DNA of 64,000 bases from Chlorokybus atmophyticus (Eukaryota; Plantae; Mesostigma and Chlorokybus algae), in NCBI GenBank assembly GCA_009103225.1, contig RHPI01003533.1, forward strand, positions 1-64,000. Direction: 5' to 3'. How positions within the stretch are numbered: position 1 is the first letter of the stretch; the number at the start of each line of letters is the position of its first letter. The translations under genes and the position numbers were made by a program. Shown here in pieces: positions 10,570 to 24,274 of the stretch. The notes beneath the pieces were generated by a model. It did not search any database, had not been told where the DNA came from, and was given only the letters and a program-made list of their open reading frames with translations.

Positions 10570-13500
10570 TCAAACACAAATGCCAAGTCCTGCGCAACAA
10601 GTCTTGAACTTGAGCGATGACAATGGCTTTGTCATGAAGTCCGCCAGCATGCCATCAGTGTTGCAGTACTGGAACTCCACCTCCTTCCTTGTGACTCTGT
10701 CACGCACAAAGTGATGCATGACATCAATGTGCTTCGTCCTTGCCGAGGCGATAGGGTGCTTCAACAACTTGATGGCTCCTTGGTTGTCACAGTTGATGAC
10801 GATGCACGCCATTGGGTGCTCCAAGTCTGCCATGAGCTTGCGAAGCCAGAGTGCCTCCTTTACTGCTGCTGCCGCTGCCATGTACTCAGCCTCTGATGTA
10901 GATGCTGCTGTTGTTGGCTGCAGCCTGCTGTTCCAGCTTACCACGCTTCCGCTTAGCTTGAAGACGTAGCCTGTAGTGGACCTCTTGCTGTTGAGGTCAC
11001 CAGCAAAGTCCGAGTCGCAGTAGCCCTCCAACTCAGTGCTCCCGCTCCCAAACTTGATGCCGACTGTTGCGCTCCCAGCAACATAGCGTAGTACTCCCTT
11101 TGCTGCTCTCCAGTGCTCCATGCTCGGTGCAGACATGTAGCGAGCAAGTACTCCCACAGCATGTGCAACATTGGGACGTGTGCACACTGCCAGATAGAGC
11201 ATGCTGCCTACCAGCTCACCATATGGATATTGAGCCTTGTTGAGTACCTCCTCATCCTTTGCCTTGATGAGGGCAGTGCCAAGTGCCAACGGTGTGGTCT
11301 CGGTCTTCGCTTCAGTGAGCCCAAACTTGGTGACGAGTCTTCTCACCATCTGCTCCTGACTGATCTTGATTGTGCGAGCCGCCCTGTCGCGCTCAATCAC
11401 CATGCCAAGGAACCACTTGGCCTCTCCAAGATCACGAACTGAGAATGCTTGCTGTAGAGCAAGTTTCGTCTCCTGCAGGTGGTGCACCTGCCTGGCGGTG
11501 ATGATGATATCATCAACATACACGAGCAGCCAGACCTTGTTGTCTGCATGGATGAAGAGCCCAGGGTCTGCAGAGGATGCGGTGAAGCCAAGTGCCTCCA
11601 GCTCCTTGGTGAGCTTGATGTGCCACATACGCGGTGCCTGTCGCAGCCCGTACAGTGCCTTGATCAGCTTGCACGCTGTGCCTCTCTCCCCTTCTTCATA
11701 TCCAGGTGGTTGCTCGATGAAGATCTCCTCCTCCAGCTCTCCGTAGAGGAAGGCAGTCTTCACGTCGAGGTGATGCAGCTTGAGGTCCTCAGCGGCAACC
11801 ACAGCTAGCAGTGCACGGAAGGTGGTATGCTTACTTGCAGGTGCAAACACTTCGTTGAAGTCCACACCTTCCTGCTGCAAGAAGCCCTTTGCCACCAGTC
11901 TTGCCTTGTAGCGCTTAATGTTGCCCTGACCATCATGCTTCACCTTGAAGACCCATTTCACTGAAATGGTCTTCACTCCTTGCGGAATCTGCTCCAGTGA
12001 CCAAGTGTTGTTGGCATGGAGTGACGCAATCTCCTCGTCCATAGCACGTTGCCATTGCTCCGCATCTGGTGCCAACAATGCCTCCTCGTAGGTGCTTGGC
12101 TCCTCATGCTGCACACTAGCGACGTGTGCCTTGTGTAGGAAGTCAGGTGCCTTTCTCTCCCTCACTGGGTATCTCCGAGCTGCGTGCTCCTGCTGTTGGT
12201 ACGGCCCCTCTTGGCCTGCTACAGCTGAGTCCTGCTCACCCTTGTTGTTGATGATGGCCTTGCCTGTAGCCTCCATTGTTTCAGGATGCTCCGGCTGTGC
12301 TTCATCTTCAGGAAAGAAGCCTACTTCTGGTTATGATAATCCCTCGTGGAAAACCACCTCTCTGCTCACGATGATCTTCTGAGTGTCCTCGAGCAAGATT
12401 CTGTAAGCCTTGGAACCCGGTTCATAGCCAACGAAGATGCCCTTCTTGCTGACCGGCTCCAGCTTGTGCCTGAGCTGTTTGGGCACTAGTGCATATGCCG
12501 TGCATCCAAACACACGCATACCACTCACATCTGGTGTGGCTCCATAGAAGTGCTCCCACGGAGTCTTCTGCTCTGAGCTCACCGGAGACCTGTTGCGGAT
12601 GTAGTTGGCAGTGAGTACCGCCTCCTTCCACAAATTGTCTTCCATCTTTGTGTCGCTGAGCATGGCTCGAACACGCTCCAAGAGTGTCCTGCTGAGGCGT
12701 TCAGTTGCTCCATTCTGCTGCGGGGTGTAGGGTGCCGTTGTCTCGTGGCGTATGCCCTTGCTGGCGAAGAACTCCTTCGACTCCTTGTTGATGTAATCCC
12801 CTCCTCGATCACTCCTCATTGCCTTCATCTTGTTGCCAGACTGCGTCTCCAACAAGGCCACGACTGTGCGCACAGCTCCAGCAACTTCTGACTTGAGCGT
12901 CAATGGAAAGATGATGGACAGCTTGCTGTAGTCGTCGAGGAATGTAGCAAAGTACCTGGCCCCTCCCTTCTCCACAGTGCGCATAGGGCCACAGACATCC
13001 ATGTGCACAAGCTCGCAAGGATGTTGACTGCTAGAAGAGGATGATGGGAATGGCATAGCATGCTGCTTTGCAACCAGGCATGGTTCACAAAGTGCACCTG
13101 ATGCATTCTTGAGTTCTTCTGTCTTGAGATGGATGCCCTTGACCATCTTCTCAGCGACAAGGCGAGTGAGGTTGACGTAGCTGAGATGTCCGAACCTTCG
13201 ATGCCACAATGTTGGCGACTCCTTGTCCTTCACCACCATGGCTTGAATGTCTCTGTCTTGAGGCTGCTCCACGTGGTAGAGCCCTCCCGGATCAGCGATT
13301 CCAACCATGTGCACGACCCCATCAAGGATGACTGAGCAGCCACCCTTCCGAAATAGGATCTCCGCGCCTAAGCGCTCCGCAACCCTCACAGAGAATAGAC
13401 TCGCAATAGCCTTAGGAACATGCAGGACGTTGCGTAACAACACCTCGCGTAGTGTGTTACCAACCTTGCACTGGAGTCGTACATTGCCAACTCCCTCAGC

Positions 13501-14460
13501 CACCAGTACTTCGCCACCGAAGCCCGCCACCTTGATTGTGGACGTCAGCTTCTTGTAGCCCTCCATCACCACCTTGTTGGGTGTGAGATGACAATCGCAG
13601 CCAGAGTCCACCACCCAGAAAGCTGTGGCCGCCCTTGAACTGGATGCAGTGAAGGCGACATGTTTCTCCTTCTGTTGGTGCTCGTTGCCGCTGTTGCTGG
13701 TGCTTGCTCTAGGTTGCCCCTGTTGTTTCTTCCTACAGTCCTTCACAATGTGCCCCTTCCAACCACACCAGTGGCATGTGAGGTCTTTGTGACGAGGATT
13801 GCCTGGCTTGTTGCCCTTGTACTTCTCTTCATGGTTGCTCTTCTTTGCGTGCTTGCCGGTGTAGAAGGCGACGGCATCCGCTTGCTCGTCCTTCTTCACA
13901 GCCCTCTGCTCCACGGTGAGCAGCTTCGGTAGCACATCGTCCAACGTCAACTCCGATGATGACGTCTCCAGCAGGGTTGCGACGACCTCGTACTCTGCTG
14001 GTAGCCCTGCAACAATGGCCAGCACTACCTCCGTCTCCCCCATGTTGTGGCCGACGTTGATGAGGTCCGCCCACAGCTCTCTCGCGCGCGCAACATACTT
14101 TGTGATGGGTTCTGCTGCCTCCTTCCTGAGTGCGCTGAGCTGCTTGCGTAGATGCAACTTTCTGGCATTGTTCTTGGCTCTGAAAACGGCTGATAGCTTT
14201 TCCCAAGCTTGTCTACCATCTTCACATGCAGTGAGCATGGGAAAGTGATGCGGTTTGCTGTTCAACACACGCAAAGAGTGTGCTTCTGTTGAATGCTCTG
14301 ACCACACAGTGTTCGCTCCTGGTGTTGGTGGTGGTGCCTTCGGATCAACGTACTTCCACACCTTCTTGTGGATGAGCAAGGCCTTCATCTCCACGCACCA
14401 TGTGTTGTAGTTGTCGGTGTCCAGCTTTGCAATCTGCCCCTTGTCGTAGGTCGCCTCCAT
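10570..14460 (-). pseudogene. Copia-A gag-pol with one in-frame stop (TAA at 12331-12333)
   Basis: CHWCGWKGHIVKDC knuckle, VVDSGC protease, LWHRRFGH/HMDVCGP/SDRGG integrase, YKARLVAKGF/YVDD RT, CDNQG/RTKHID RNase H. ORFs 12331-14544 and 10570-12276 share a frame. Confidence 0.93.
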
Positions 14461-14575
14461 TTCTGTCGAGCCTGCCTTTCTTGCAGTTGACACCCAAGGC
14501 TCTGCTACCAACAAGCTACCGTAGTGTAGAACTACTATGCACACAAGCTAGTCTCACACTCCTCAAGCGTAGTGT

Positions 14576-14587
14576 GGGCCCATAACC
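14576..14587 (-). other. Primer binding site of the half-tRNA(iMet) type
   Basis: GGTTATGGGCCC directly inside the 5' LTR, the PBS type known from Drosophila copia and Volvox Osser. Confidence 0.85.
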
Positions 14588-15012
14588 TGTTGAAGGACTA
14601 GCATGCACATGTAGCTGAGGCAAGCATGGATGCACAGAGACAGAGCTACCGCCACCAGAGCATACACAGATCACATCACATTCATCTATTACAAGTTGTC
14701 CGCTGGTTCTTATATCAGCCAGTTACACACACGTCTACATTTGCAAGCACTGCGTAAGCTATACTCAGCCTTTTGACGCGCTTTAAGCTGTGTTGTCTTT
14801 CTTACAACCAGAGCTTTCCAACAAGCTCTTACACGCCTAATATGAGTAAGTATACGCGGAGATACGAAGCAGTTAGTAAGGCTCCAGTCTGGAGTCCGGA
14901 GTCTGGTCCGACGACGCCATCTTGCTAAGTCCGGACCTAGTGCTCGTCCTTACGACCTTCTACTCCTGTGTGGAGGGTCGATGCTGATCGTATGTAGGAA
15001 TGACTCTCAACA
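14588..15012 (-). repeat. Copia-A 5' LTR
   Basis: Matches 10100-10527 apart from about 11 substitutions and 3 small indels (counted by eye). Confidence 0.95.
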
Positions 15013-15815
15013 CATTAGCCTTGAAGTCCACAGCCCCATCGATATTGGGTTGGATGACAGAGGGCATAGTTTGCTATCTGCTATGTGCACGCTCTGGCAT
15101 CACTGCCCATAAGCAGAAGTATGTTATGCCCCACTGTCTGCGTCTACCAGCCTTTATTGGGCATGCCTACCTCAAAACCCTCGCCCGGCCTATCAGCATA
15201 CCGACCCACGCGCGTCACTGACCAGTAGCTAGGTCATGACTCTAGGTTAGCTCATGACCATAGCCTACATAGGCACCGCGCGTAGCTGTTCAGTTGTAAG
15301 TTCACTTATAAATTGTGTTCCATATCGAGTAGGGAATTCCGCGGAAATAGCCTTGATATGACTGCTAGTTTATGTTCTAAACAGTCATCATTTGATTTGT
15401 GTAAGTAGTCACGCTGTTCACCGGATCAGCTGGTGACACTGTGAGAGAGAAAGCTAAGAGCTTGTGAAGCGGCTTGAACCACGGACACGCCGTCCCGGTT
15501 ACCAAGAAACCCCTCACCATGTGAGAGCCTGTGCATGTTCGTGTGGACCGCGCTTGTCATTGCTGTGAGCTTGGTGTGCTTGGTTGCGGTGTGTGTGTTG
15601 GCATCAATCGAGGCATAACATCCACATATTGCTTGCTCATTCACCTCACTTACCAGTGTAACATATTTTTACACTCATGCAAAGAACTGTGTAAACAGCA
15701 CTACCTATGATGTGGCTTGTCGACTCACAGTGTCACCCTCTACGCTCAAGTAAGTGCGTCGCATTCTACATCAAATAGCGCAGTCTGTAGCTTGGGATAC
15801 ATCCCTGTGCATTGG

Positions 15816-15841
15816 TATATATATATATATATATATATATT
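15816..15841. repeat. (TA)n microsatellite
   Basis: About 13 TA units. Confidence 0.95.
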
Positions 15842-16059
15842 CACTGTCATCACATAGTGCACACACAAGCACTAGTGTGGTGAGTGGCAGCGGTATTAAG
15901 ACAGGTAGTAGAGCACAAACACTCTACCCTGCGTACACTTTCACCTGTCGACTAGCTGTACGAGCAGGCCCACCCCGTTCTCTTCAATAGACAAGGGTAA
16001 CCTCAGATGTTGGAGCCCAACCTCCAATCTCACCTACGAGCAGACCAGCAACGGGAGCA

Positions 16060-17702
16060 ATGATCGCAGCAGTAGGGGCTCGCGTTTTGTCTCCGGCTTC
16101 ACTCCGTGCAGGTCTACTCCTCGCCATCGAGCTTCCCCACTCTTGTCCGACAGTGACGACTACGAGATGGAGTCTTCCAGCTCAACCACATCCCTACGCT
16201 TCTTTGGACGTGTTGGCACTACCTTGCTGGGCGAATTTATCAACAAGTTCCCATCCTAAGATGCGACAGCAAGCTCTGAAGAACAAAGACAAGTCAGATG
16301 AGCTTTCTTTTCACAACGAAGCTCAGTATCTGAACTACAAAGCACACAATGTCCGAAAATCTGTTGCTGAACTGCATCGAGTTGATGACTATGGCGAGCT
16401 CGCCAGCACCATAGCATGTGTGTCACTGCATAGTCTCGCAACCGTCTTTCCACCTGCCACTCCCGCGGCAGTCACTGGCTTGTCCATAGCGGCAGCCATC
16501 GATAGGGCAGAGGAGGAGGAACTTGAGTTGGTGATCGTCAACCTGACCCCTGCAGAGATTGAGACTAAGACGGCTGCACGACGGGCTCGGATTTTGGACC
16601 GTTTGCTGCTATCCTTGAAGAACAGCGAGCTGTTGCCGTTAAGGTGGGCACACCTCTACTTCTGGCAGCACCGGGCTCTCGTGCGGGAGGCAGTGCTTTC
16701 ACCCTTGGGTCAGTCGCACTGCGCGCACCAGCCATCACTGTAGGTGCTGCCATCTTTAACTCTCCACTCAAGGACTTATACGCTGCACTTCGTCGCACCT
16801 TCCCACCTCAGACCATCAGCAAAGTGGAGGAGCTGAGACGGTTCCGACGCAAACCAAACGAGGACCCTCTGCGCCTGTACTCCAGACTGCAAGGGCTGTT
16901 GAAAGACATCGATTACAAGATTGTCAGTGACGAGGCTGCTGCCGTGGTGTATGTCGATGATTTGGATGCCACCCTGAGCGAGTCGACGCGCCCGACCCTA
17001 AACTACAGCAGGCCCCTTGCCTACACGCTCAAGGAAGCTTTCGAGACTGCACAAGCCATCCATAAGCGCTTGGAGTATGAGAAGGCAGTGCTGGACACCA
17101 ATCGCAGTGCCTTACGGCCTGTAGCCAGCACAACTAATGAGCGTCCTCGCCGCAAACGTGGCCGGGACGCTCCACCAGCACGCGGCAAAGGGAAACGGTC
17201 AGCACATACTGCTTTGCCTGCCCCTGTGCTGTGTCATTGCTGTGGACGGTGTGGGCACTACAAAAATGAGTGCAACAAAGAGTACTCAACCGTGGTCTGC
17301 GACTACTGTCACAAGACGGGCCGCTTGAAGTCCGTCTGTTGGCTTAGGTTCCTTGAGTTGAGACCTGACAAAATCTACAACGGCACCAACTCTGGTGGTT
17401 ACAACAGCAACAACACTGGAGGCCATACCGGCACCAACTCTGGTGGCTACAATAGCAACTACACCGAAGGCCATAACAACAACAACAATTACGCCACCCC
17501 CCGCAAGGAAGAGCAAGGCTACAGGGGGAAGAATCATCCTCCTAAGCGCAAGGGACCTGATGGACGTCCGCGCGCTGCTGCTGTTGCCGCCAAGGCTCCA
17601 GCCAACCCGCCAGCTGATGACCATATTGCTGCCCTCATGGCGCGTATGGCACGCTTGCAAGACAAGGAGCAGGACTACCGCGCCTGCTACTCTGTCCGAT
17701 GA
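16060..17702 (+). pseudogene. gag: Gag of the DNMT-bearing Gypsy element (one frameshift)
   Basis: Overlapping ORFs 16060-16743 and 16644-17702; two knuckles CHCCGRCGHYKNEC and CDYCHKTGRLKSVC; duplicated GTNSGGYNSN repeat. The same frame continues past stops into 17862-18284. Confidence 0.8.
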
Positions 17703-19433
17703 GCACTGATGGCTCCAAAATGCACGAGAGACACGAGCACTCCATTACGCGTTCAACCACCTTAACGAGCTTGAGGGGAAGCCGCAACATCGTCAGCAGC
17801 TACCTCTTTGTAAGCCACCTGTGGTGCATCAGCAGCAACATCTACACCGGCTACAACGTCGATGCCATCAACGTCAGCAACAACTACCCCCGTTGCACCA
17901 AGGGTTGGTAGATTAATGGGCACCGTGACGCCAACACTGGTGAGCACGATGGTAACAGCCACTGCAGCGGTAAAGCGCACCGGTTGCTCCAGTTGCAGCA
18001 CACCACTTATGTCAACAATAATTAGGATCACTCTTGCGCCACTGAGCGGCACTATCGCAACCATTGCCAGTGCCATTGTCGAGTCCGCTACCACTGCAGC
18101 GACGCGTGCAGCAACGTTCCCCGTCCTCGACATCACACATGCTGTCCCACGAGGCCAACAAGCTAAGCGCGCATGCGAGACCATCATGCATGGAGCAGAT
18201 CCCACTACCATTGCTCTTGGGCGCGGAGGAGAGCGCACAACGCGCGTTGAATGCAGTGATCGCGTCTTCCCACTGCCTGAGTAATACACCCTGCCAAAAT
18301 TGGGGAAGCACGACACCTCTCGCCGTTGAGCCTAACCTTAAGCAGGCGAGGGCGCTGGCCCAACAAACCAGGGGGATGATTGCCCCGCTGCTACCCGCCT
18401 TGGTGGAAGACTTGCCTGATGAGCAACGGGATTTATAGAGAGGCTACCTTACACCACAAGGGTGTACACAACGGGATGGAGCAGGCTCAATTGAAGAACA
18501 GCAAGTTCGCACTGCCTTGTTGCGACAAGCAACCATGCTACATAGACAAGAAGGCATCGGCCTGAGACGGATGATGGGGATGCGAAAAGGTGGCAATGCA
18601 GCGCGAGCAAGACTCGTGACTTGGCTAGTCACTAATTACCCCGCGGTCCCTTTGTTCGCATTTGGCATTGGATTACTATGGTTGGACGCCTTTTTTCGCT
18701 ACGACAAGCCTATGACGAGTTTGCCTCGGCAGCCACTGACACCTTAAAAGGAGCTCAAGAGGCCATACTGAGGTTGCCATGGGTGGAAGCAGCGCGACAA
18801 TGCAGACGCATCGCAGCTGCTTATGAGCAACACGTTCAACAGCCAGATATCTACCTCACTGTACGTACACGAGCAACAACGGTGCTAGAAGTGGGGGTAG
18901 TCAACGGCAGATGGGATGCCTACATGGCAGGAATTTTAAGGGTTCCCACCATCACTCACGACATCACAGCGCGGCTCTTGCGCGCATTGTATCTCCAGCC
19001 TATGCCTTAGAACTATCGCTGGAGTGACGTGGTCAACAATGCAACAGCCATATGAAAATGTACACTGGTCAAAGAGGCGGCTCATGCTGTTCGCTGGAAT
19101 CATGCGGAAGAACAGGCTGCATGGGAGGAGGCGGGCCCACAAACACCCGGTCCTCCAGGGTTTCCCCCACTGACATAGACCGCCGCCGCCAGACATGACC
19201 TAGCCACACAAAGGCGCAATCCCCCTGCGCCACAACTAGGGCAGCCACATGCAGCACCGCCAGCACCCAGGCCGTAGCGAGTATACCAACAGCCAAGACA
19301 AGGACGGTTTGGGCCAAGCCGCGGACAAGGAGGTTCTTAAGATTCAGCCGCTCGAGAGGCGCTTGCCGCACTGCGCTCGACCCCACCGGAGGAGACCGCA
19401 GCAGCAGTCACCCCACGCACACGCTACCAACAC

Positions 19434-20054
19434 TTGATGTGCAGACGCTTGAAGCGTCTGCACATCAATGCCAATGCAGCCATGATCGCCAACAAAGGCA
19501 AGCATGTTACCATTTACGGTCGAGCACCCAAGCACGTGATGCTGGACTCTAGAGCCCAGCCTGTCATCATCAGACGCTACCTCGCCCGCGACCTCGGCAT
19601 CACCAGCGCTAAGCTAATGCCCTGCCTATACGTGCTCGACGCAGCAACCGGCAGCCGTAACAAGGTGATTGGCATCACCAAGCAGGCCCTCTGCGTTTGC
19701 TTGACAGGGTTGGACCCTTCCCACAGCACTGAGGTCGTACAAAAGTGTGTGGTCACCGATGCGGGATCGTTCAACCTGCTGCTGGGACCGGACTTCGACT
19801 TTCCTGATGGCATGGGGCTGGACTGCTGGACAGAGAAGGCATGGTTTCGTCCCCATTGGAACGAGGAGGATGGAGAGGTTCAGGGATACCTGCCTCTCAA
19901 GCTGGTGGCTTGCACTCGCTCTCACCAAAGGTCAGCTGCAACAGCCACCTACAGGTTAGCTCCAACAACCACTTACAGGTTAGCAGCAGTGGGCACCCAC
20001 AATCCTGGCCAGGACTCTCATATCCCATGCAATGAGTCCGGAGGATGCCATTAA
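19434..20054 (+). pseudogene. Aspartic protease domain of the DNMT-bearing Gypsy element
   Basis: HVMLDSRAQP (degenerate LDSGA) and downstream FNLLLGPDF flap-like motif. Confidence 0.75.
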
Positions 20055-20147
20055 GGAAGTGGCCCAATTAGCACCATATGAACGCCGTTGGTGCGCACAA
20101 GTGGTCGCACATCTATTATTGACCAAACCACGGCTCACTGCACGGTT

Positions 20148-20634
20148 TGTTGGAGTATAGAACCAGATTCTGCCGTCTCCAGACTCCAGTCAGCTTAATC
20201 TGGCTATGTACTTAGTAGTTTTGTACTTAGCAATATATTGCAGTATAGAACATGGCTCTGCCGTCTCCAGACTGCAGTCAGCTTAGTCTGGCTAAGTACT
20301 CAGTAAATTCGTACTTCGCAGACTCTAGACATGTCGAGTTTCCTGACAGTTTTGACAGTCAAGGCGGTTTCGACCATGTAAGTCTGTATTAGAGTTTTGT
20401 GTTGACCTAACCTGACTTATATGACTACTTGGTAGTTAGAATGGTTATTTGGGTATAAGGGGACGCCCATACACATTTGAATAGTTCACTTGTGCTTCAG
20501 TCTGGTGGCGGCGAGGCCAAATTCATGCGTAGCCTGGATTGGGTTTGGTCTAGCGTAATCTGATTGGTCGTTCTGCTTGCACAAACTATTTAAGAGTGTT
20601 GCGTATCCCCGCCTAAATAGCTCACATCTTAACA
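20148..20634 (+). repeat. Copia-B 5' LTR with an internal tandem duplication of about 80 bp
   Basis: TGTTGGAG...TTAACA; the TCTGCCGTCTCCAGACT...GTACTT unit occurs twice. Confidence 0.85.
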
Positions 20635-23600
20635 GGTTATTGACCCACATACGCTGGGTATTGAGCTGGTATAGGCATTTTTGCAAAACATTTACTTTGA
20701 AAGTAGCTTTTTCTGAGTCTGTGCCATTCTGTGAGACTGTGGAGGTCTAGGCGCCTGAAACTGCTTTTTCTTGGCCTGATTTGGGCTTGTTTTTTAGCAG
20801 GGGGGTTGTTGTGACGACCAGCTACGACAAGGTGGTATTGAGCCGCTTGAAGATGACAAGTACAGCATCTGGAGCAACCGCATGAGGTGGTTGTTCAAGC
20901 ACAGGAGCTTATGGGAGTTCGTGGACCCAGATGAGGCAAACCCTCTACCCATAGGCCGGAGCGCTGCTTGGAAGCAGAACTCTTGAAAATCACTTGCACT
21001 TATTGGTTTGAACGTGAGGGACTTTTACTTGGTCACTTTGGATGCTTGCTCCACCAATGGGGAGGCTTGGGAGAAGTTATCTGACTCTTTTAAGGCCAAA
21101 AACAATGCCACGCTTGTCCAGCTCAAGCGCGACCTGAATGCCTTGAAAAACGAGTCCAGTGAGCCAGTTTCAAAGATTATTTTGCGAGCAAGAGAGCTTT
21201 GGAAAGACCTACTAGGCGTTGACAGCGAGCTGAAGGAGTCTGAGGTGGTTTAAGCTATCCTTTCAGGTCTGCCAGACGACTTTGACACCTTGATCATGGT
21301 GCTGGAAGTTTTTGACTGTGACCCCACATTGGATGAGATTATGCCAAGGTTGCTGCAAGTTGAGCAGAGGCTGAAGAAGAAGGACAAGGCTTTGAATGCG
21401 GTGGCTTTTGCAACTTCCAGATGTGGTGGTTCAAGTTACATCTTCAAACCCAAGTCACAAGGAGCTAGTTCTTCAAACCACAACAATTCATTCAAGAAGA
21501 AGAAAGAGGTTTGGAAGTGCAGCTATTGCAAGATGCTAGGTCAGTTAGAGGAGAAGTGTTAGCAAAAGCATGGCAGGCTCGGGGGTGTTAGAAAACAGGA
21601 GAAACCCGTGGCTTTTACTGCTGGTGCTTTAGTTTTTGACCAGAGCTGGGTTTTGGACTCGGGTGCCAATCGCCATATGACCTTTAACAAGTCTGCATTT
21701 ATCTCCGTTAAAACCCTACTCAGACCCTTCATTGTTGGATGCGCTGAGAAGGGAAGCGTAGTGGGCGCTATCGGCCAAGGGGATGTCATCCTTGATTGCC
21801 AAGTTGAGGGTTCAACAAGGCACGTGCAGCTCAAGGATGTTCTTTTGTTTCAGAGCTTGCTGCAAGTTTATTTCTTGTCAAGGCTGCTGCACTTGCTGGT
21901 GCTAAGATTGAGTTTAAGGGGCGAAAGGCCTGCATTGTGGTTGGGGGCATTAAGAGGCTGGAGGCTTTGAGTCAGGGAGGAGAATTATACTTGATTCAGG
22001 GCTAGACTTCAGTTCAGCATGTCCAAAAAGTTCAGGCACTTGTTGCAGCACCTTTGAAGTCTGCTCAGCTCTGGCACAGGAGGTTTGGGCATTTGGGCTT
22101 TGACAATCTGGCGCGTTTGGTGAAAGAAGGCATGGTGGATGGCATTACTTCCAGTCCTGAAGACTTCCTGGCTGCAAAGACTACTTTATGCAACCCTTGT
22201 GTTCTTGGGAAGCAGACCCGGCTGCCATTTCCTCACTTTACTCGCGTGAGTACGCGTTGCTCAGAGCTTGTCCACATAGATGTGTGCGGTCCCATGCCGG
22301 TGACATCATTTGGTCGAAACTTCAAGTATTTTGTTACATTCTTGGATGATTTCAGTAAGTTGACCATGGTCGTGCCTTTGGTGTTGAAGTCAGATGTTAC
22401 CAAGGCAGTCGCAGAGGTTTTTCGGCTGATTGAGACCCAAACCAGAGTCTGAAAGTTACTTTAGTCCGCTCAGATCGTGGTGGCGAGTTTGTAAACAACA
22501 ACTTGAGGGACTACTATTCAAAGAGGGGCATTCGGCATGAGACTACAGCACCTTATACTCTAGAACGGCAAGGCGGAGAGGCTCAACCGCACGCTCTTGG
22601 AGAAGGTTAGGTCCATGCTCATTGATGCCAAGATGGAGGACTGCATGTGGCGTGAGGCTTTGCTTGCTTAGAACTTTGTTTGCAACCGCTCACCCTTGCG
22701 TTCTCAAGCCAAGACTCCGTTGCAGCTATTCACAAGTGTGAGGCCTAATGTTAGCATGCTGAGAGTCTTCGGTTCTGCTGCCTTCGTCCATGTATCCAAG
22801 CAGCAACGACACAAGTTGGTTGAAGTCAGTAGGCGCGGAGTGTTTGTGGGTTATGAGACTGGTTCAAAAGCGTGGAGGGTTTTGCTGAATGAAACCCGTA
22901 AGGTTATGGTGAGTCGTGATGTGACTTTTGCTGAGGGAGGAGTAGGAGCTGGAGTTTTGGGCGTTGACATCACTTTTGGTGCCGTTGAGCCTTCAGAACC
23001 AGCAGTTCCAGTTGATTTCGACCATGTTTTTGCAGTTCCAGAACAGGTCTTGTGTTCTTCAGAACATAATACTTCAGATCCAGGCAGCAAAAGCCCTTCA
23101 GCTTCTGACACGGAAACCCAACACCAGCAACAGCCAGGAAGGCAGCACTCTTGGCGCGAGAGGCAAAAACCTAATTGGTTTCACAAAAAAGCTTATGCGT
23201 GTTTGATGCACTGCAAGGTCTGAAGAAGCCTAGCACTTATGAGCAGGCTCTTCAAGGTCTAGATGCAGACCTTTAATAAAAGGTTATGGATGAGGAGATT
23301 GCGTCCTTGCTTGCCAATCAGAGCTAGAGGCTAAAGACTGTTCCAGCCCATGTAAAACCCATTCCGGCTAAATGGGTTTACAAGATCAAGAAAGACGGCT
23401 AAGGCAACATCGAGCGCTACAAGACGAGGCTTGTCGCGAAGGGCCCCTTCAGCAAGAAGGCATCGACTTCAAAGAGGTCTTTGCACTCGCTGGTAAGCAT
23501 ACATTTTTTCGGACTTTGCTGGCTTTGGTGATCGCTTAGGACTTTGAGCTGCATCATCTTGATGTGAAGACCGCGTTCTTTTACGGCGAGCTTGAAGAGG

Positions 23601-24274
23601 ACATTTATGTGCAACAAACGAAGGGCTACTGTGAGAGAGGTCCTGATGTGGCTTGTAAGGTTGTGAAGGCCTTGTATGGTCTGAAACAGACGCCCAGGGT
23701 CTGGCACATCCGCTTGAGCAAAGAGCTTGAAACTTTGGGCTTTGTTCCCAGCACTGCAGACACAGGACTTTTCTTTTTTGAAGAGTTGCAGATCTGGCTT
23801 TTTGTTTATGTCGATGACATTCTCATTGCTGCCTGCATCCTGAAGGACTTGGAGGTTGTCAAGTCTGGCTTAAGCAAGGCTTTTGAAGTTCGTAACCTTG
23901 GAGAAGCCAAGTATTACTTCATGGGCATTGTGATTGACAGGAACAGGCGGACTAGATTTGCTAAGATTAGCCAGGAGCAGATGGTCACCAGATTGGTTAA
24001 CAAGTTTGGGCTGCAAGATGCCAAGGTAAAGGCATCACCTATGGCGGTATAAGTCAGAGTTGTCAAGCCTGCCAATGAAGCAGATTTATTTAACAGGACT
24101 CAATACCTGTTGAAGGACTAGCATGCACATGTAGTTGAGGCAAGCATAGACACACAGAGACAAAGCTACCGCCACCAGAGCATACACAAGTCACATCACA
24201 TTTATCTATTACAAGTTGTCCGCTGGTAAACACACCGGCCAGTTAGTTCAGCGGAACGCCTCAACAGGACACTC

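Larger units (their letters stand above)
10100..15012 (-). mobile_element. Ty1/Copia LTR retrotransposon, family A, full length (4.9 kb)
   Basis: Two near-identical LTRs, PBS, PPT, and gag-PR-IN-RT-RH order. Confidence 0.97.

Noticed and set aside
15013-16059. Candidate 5' LTR and PBS of the DNMT-Gypsy
   Set aside because: No match to the sequence after the PPT (32811 onward); GATGTTGGAGCCC near 16006 is not a convincing PBS; a 14-nt match to 36967 looks coincidental.
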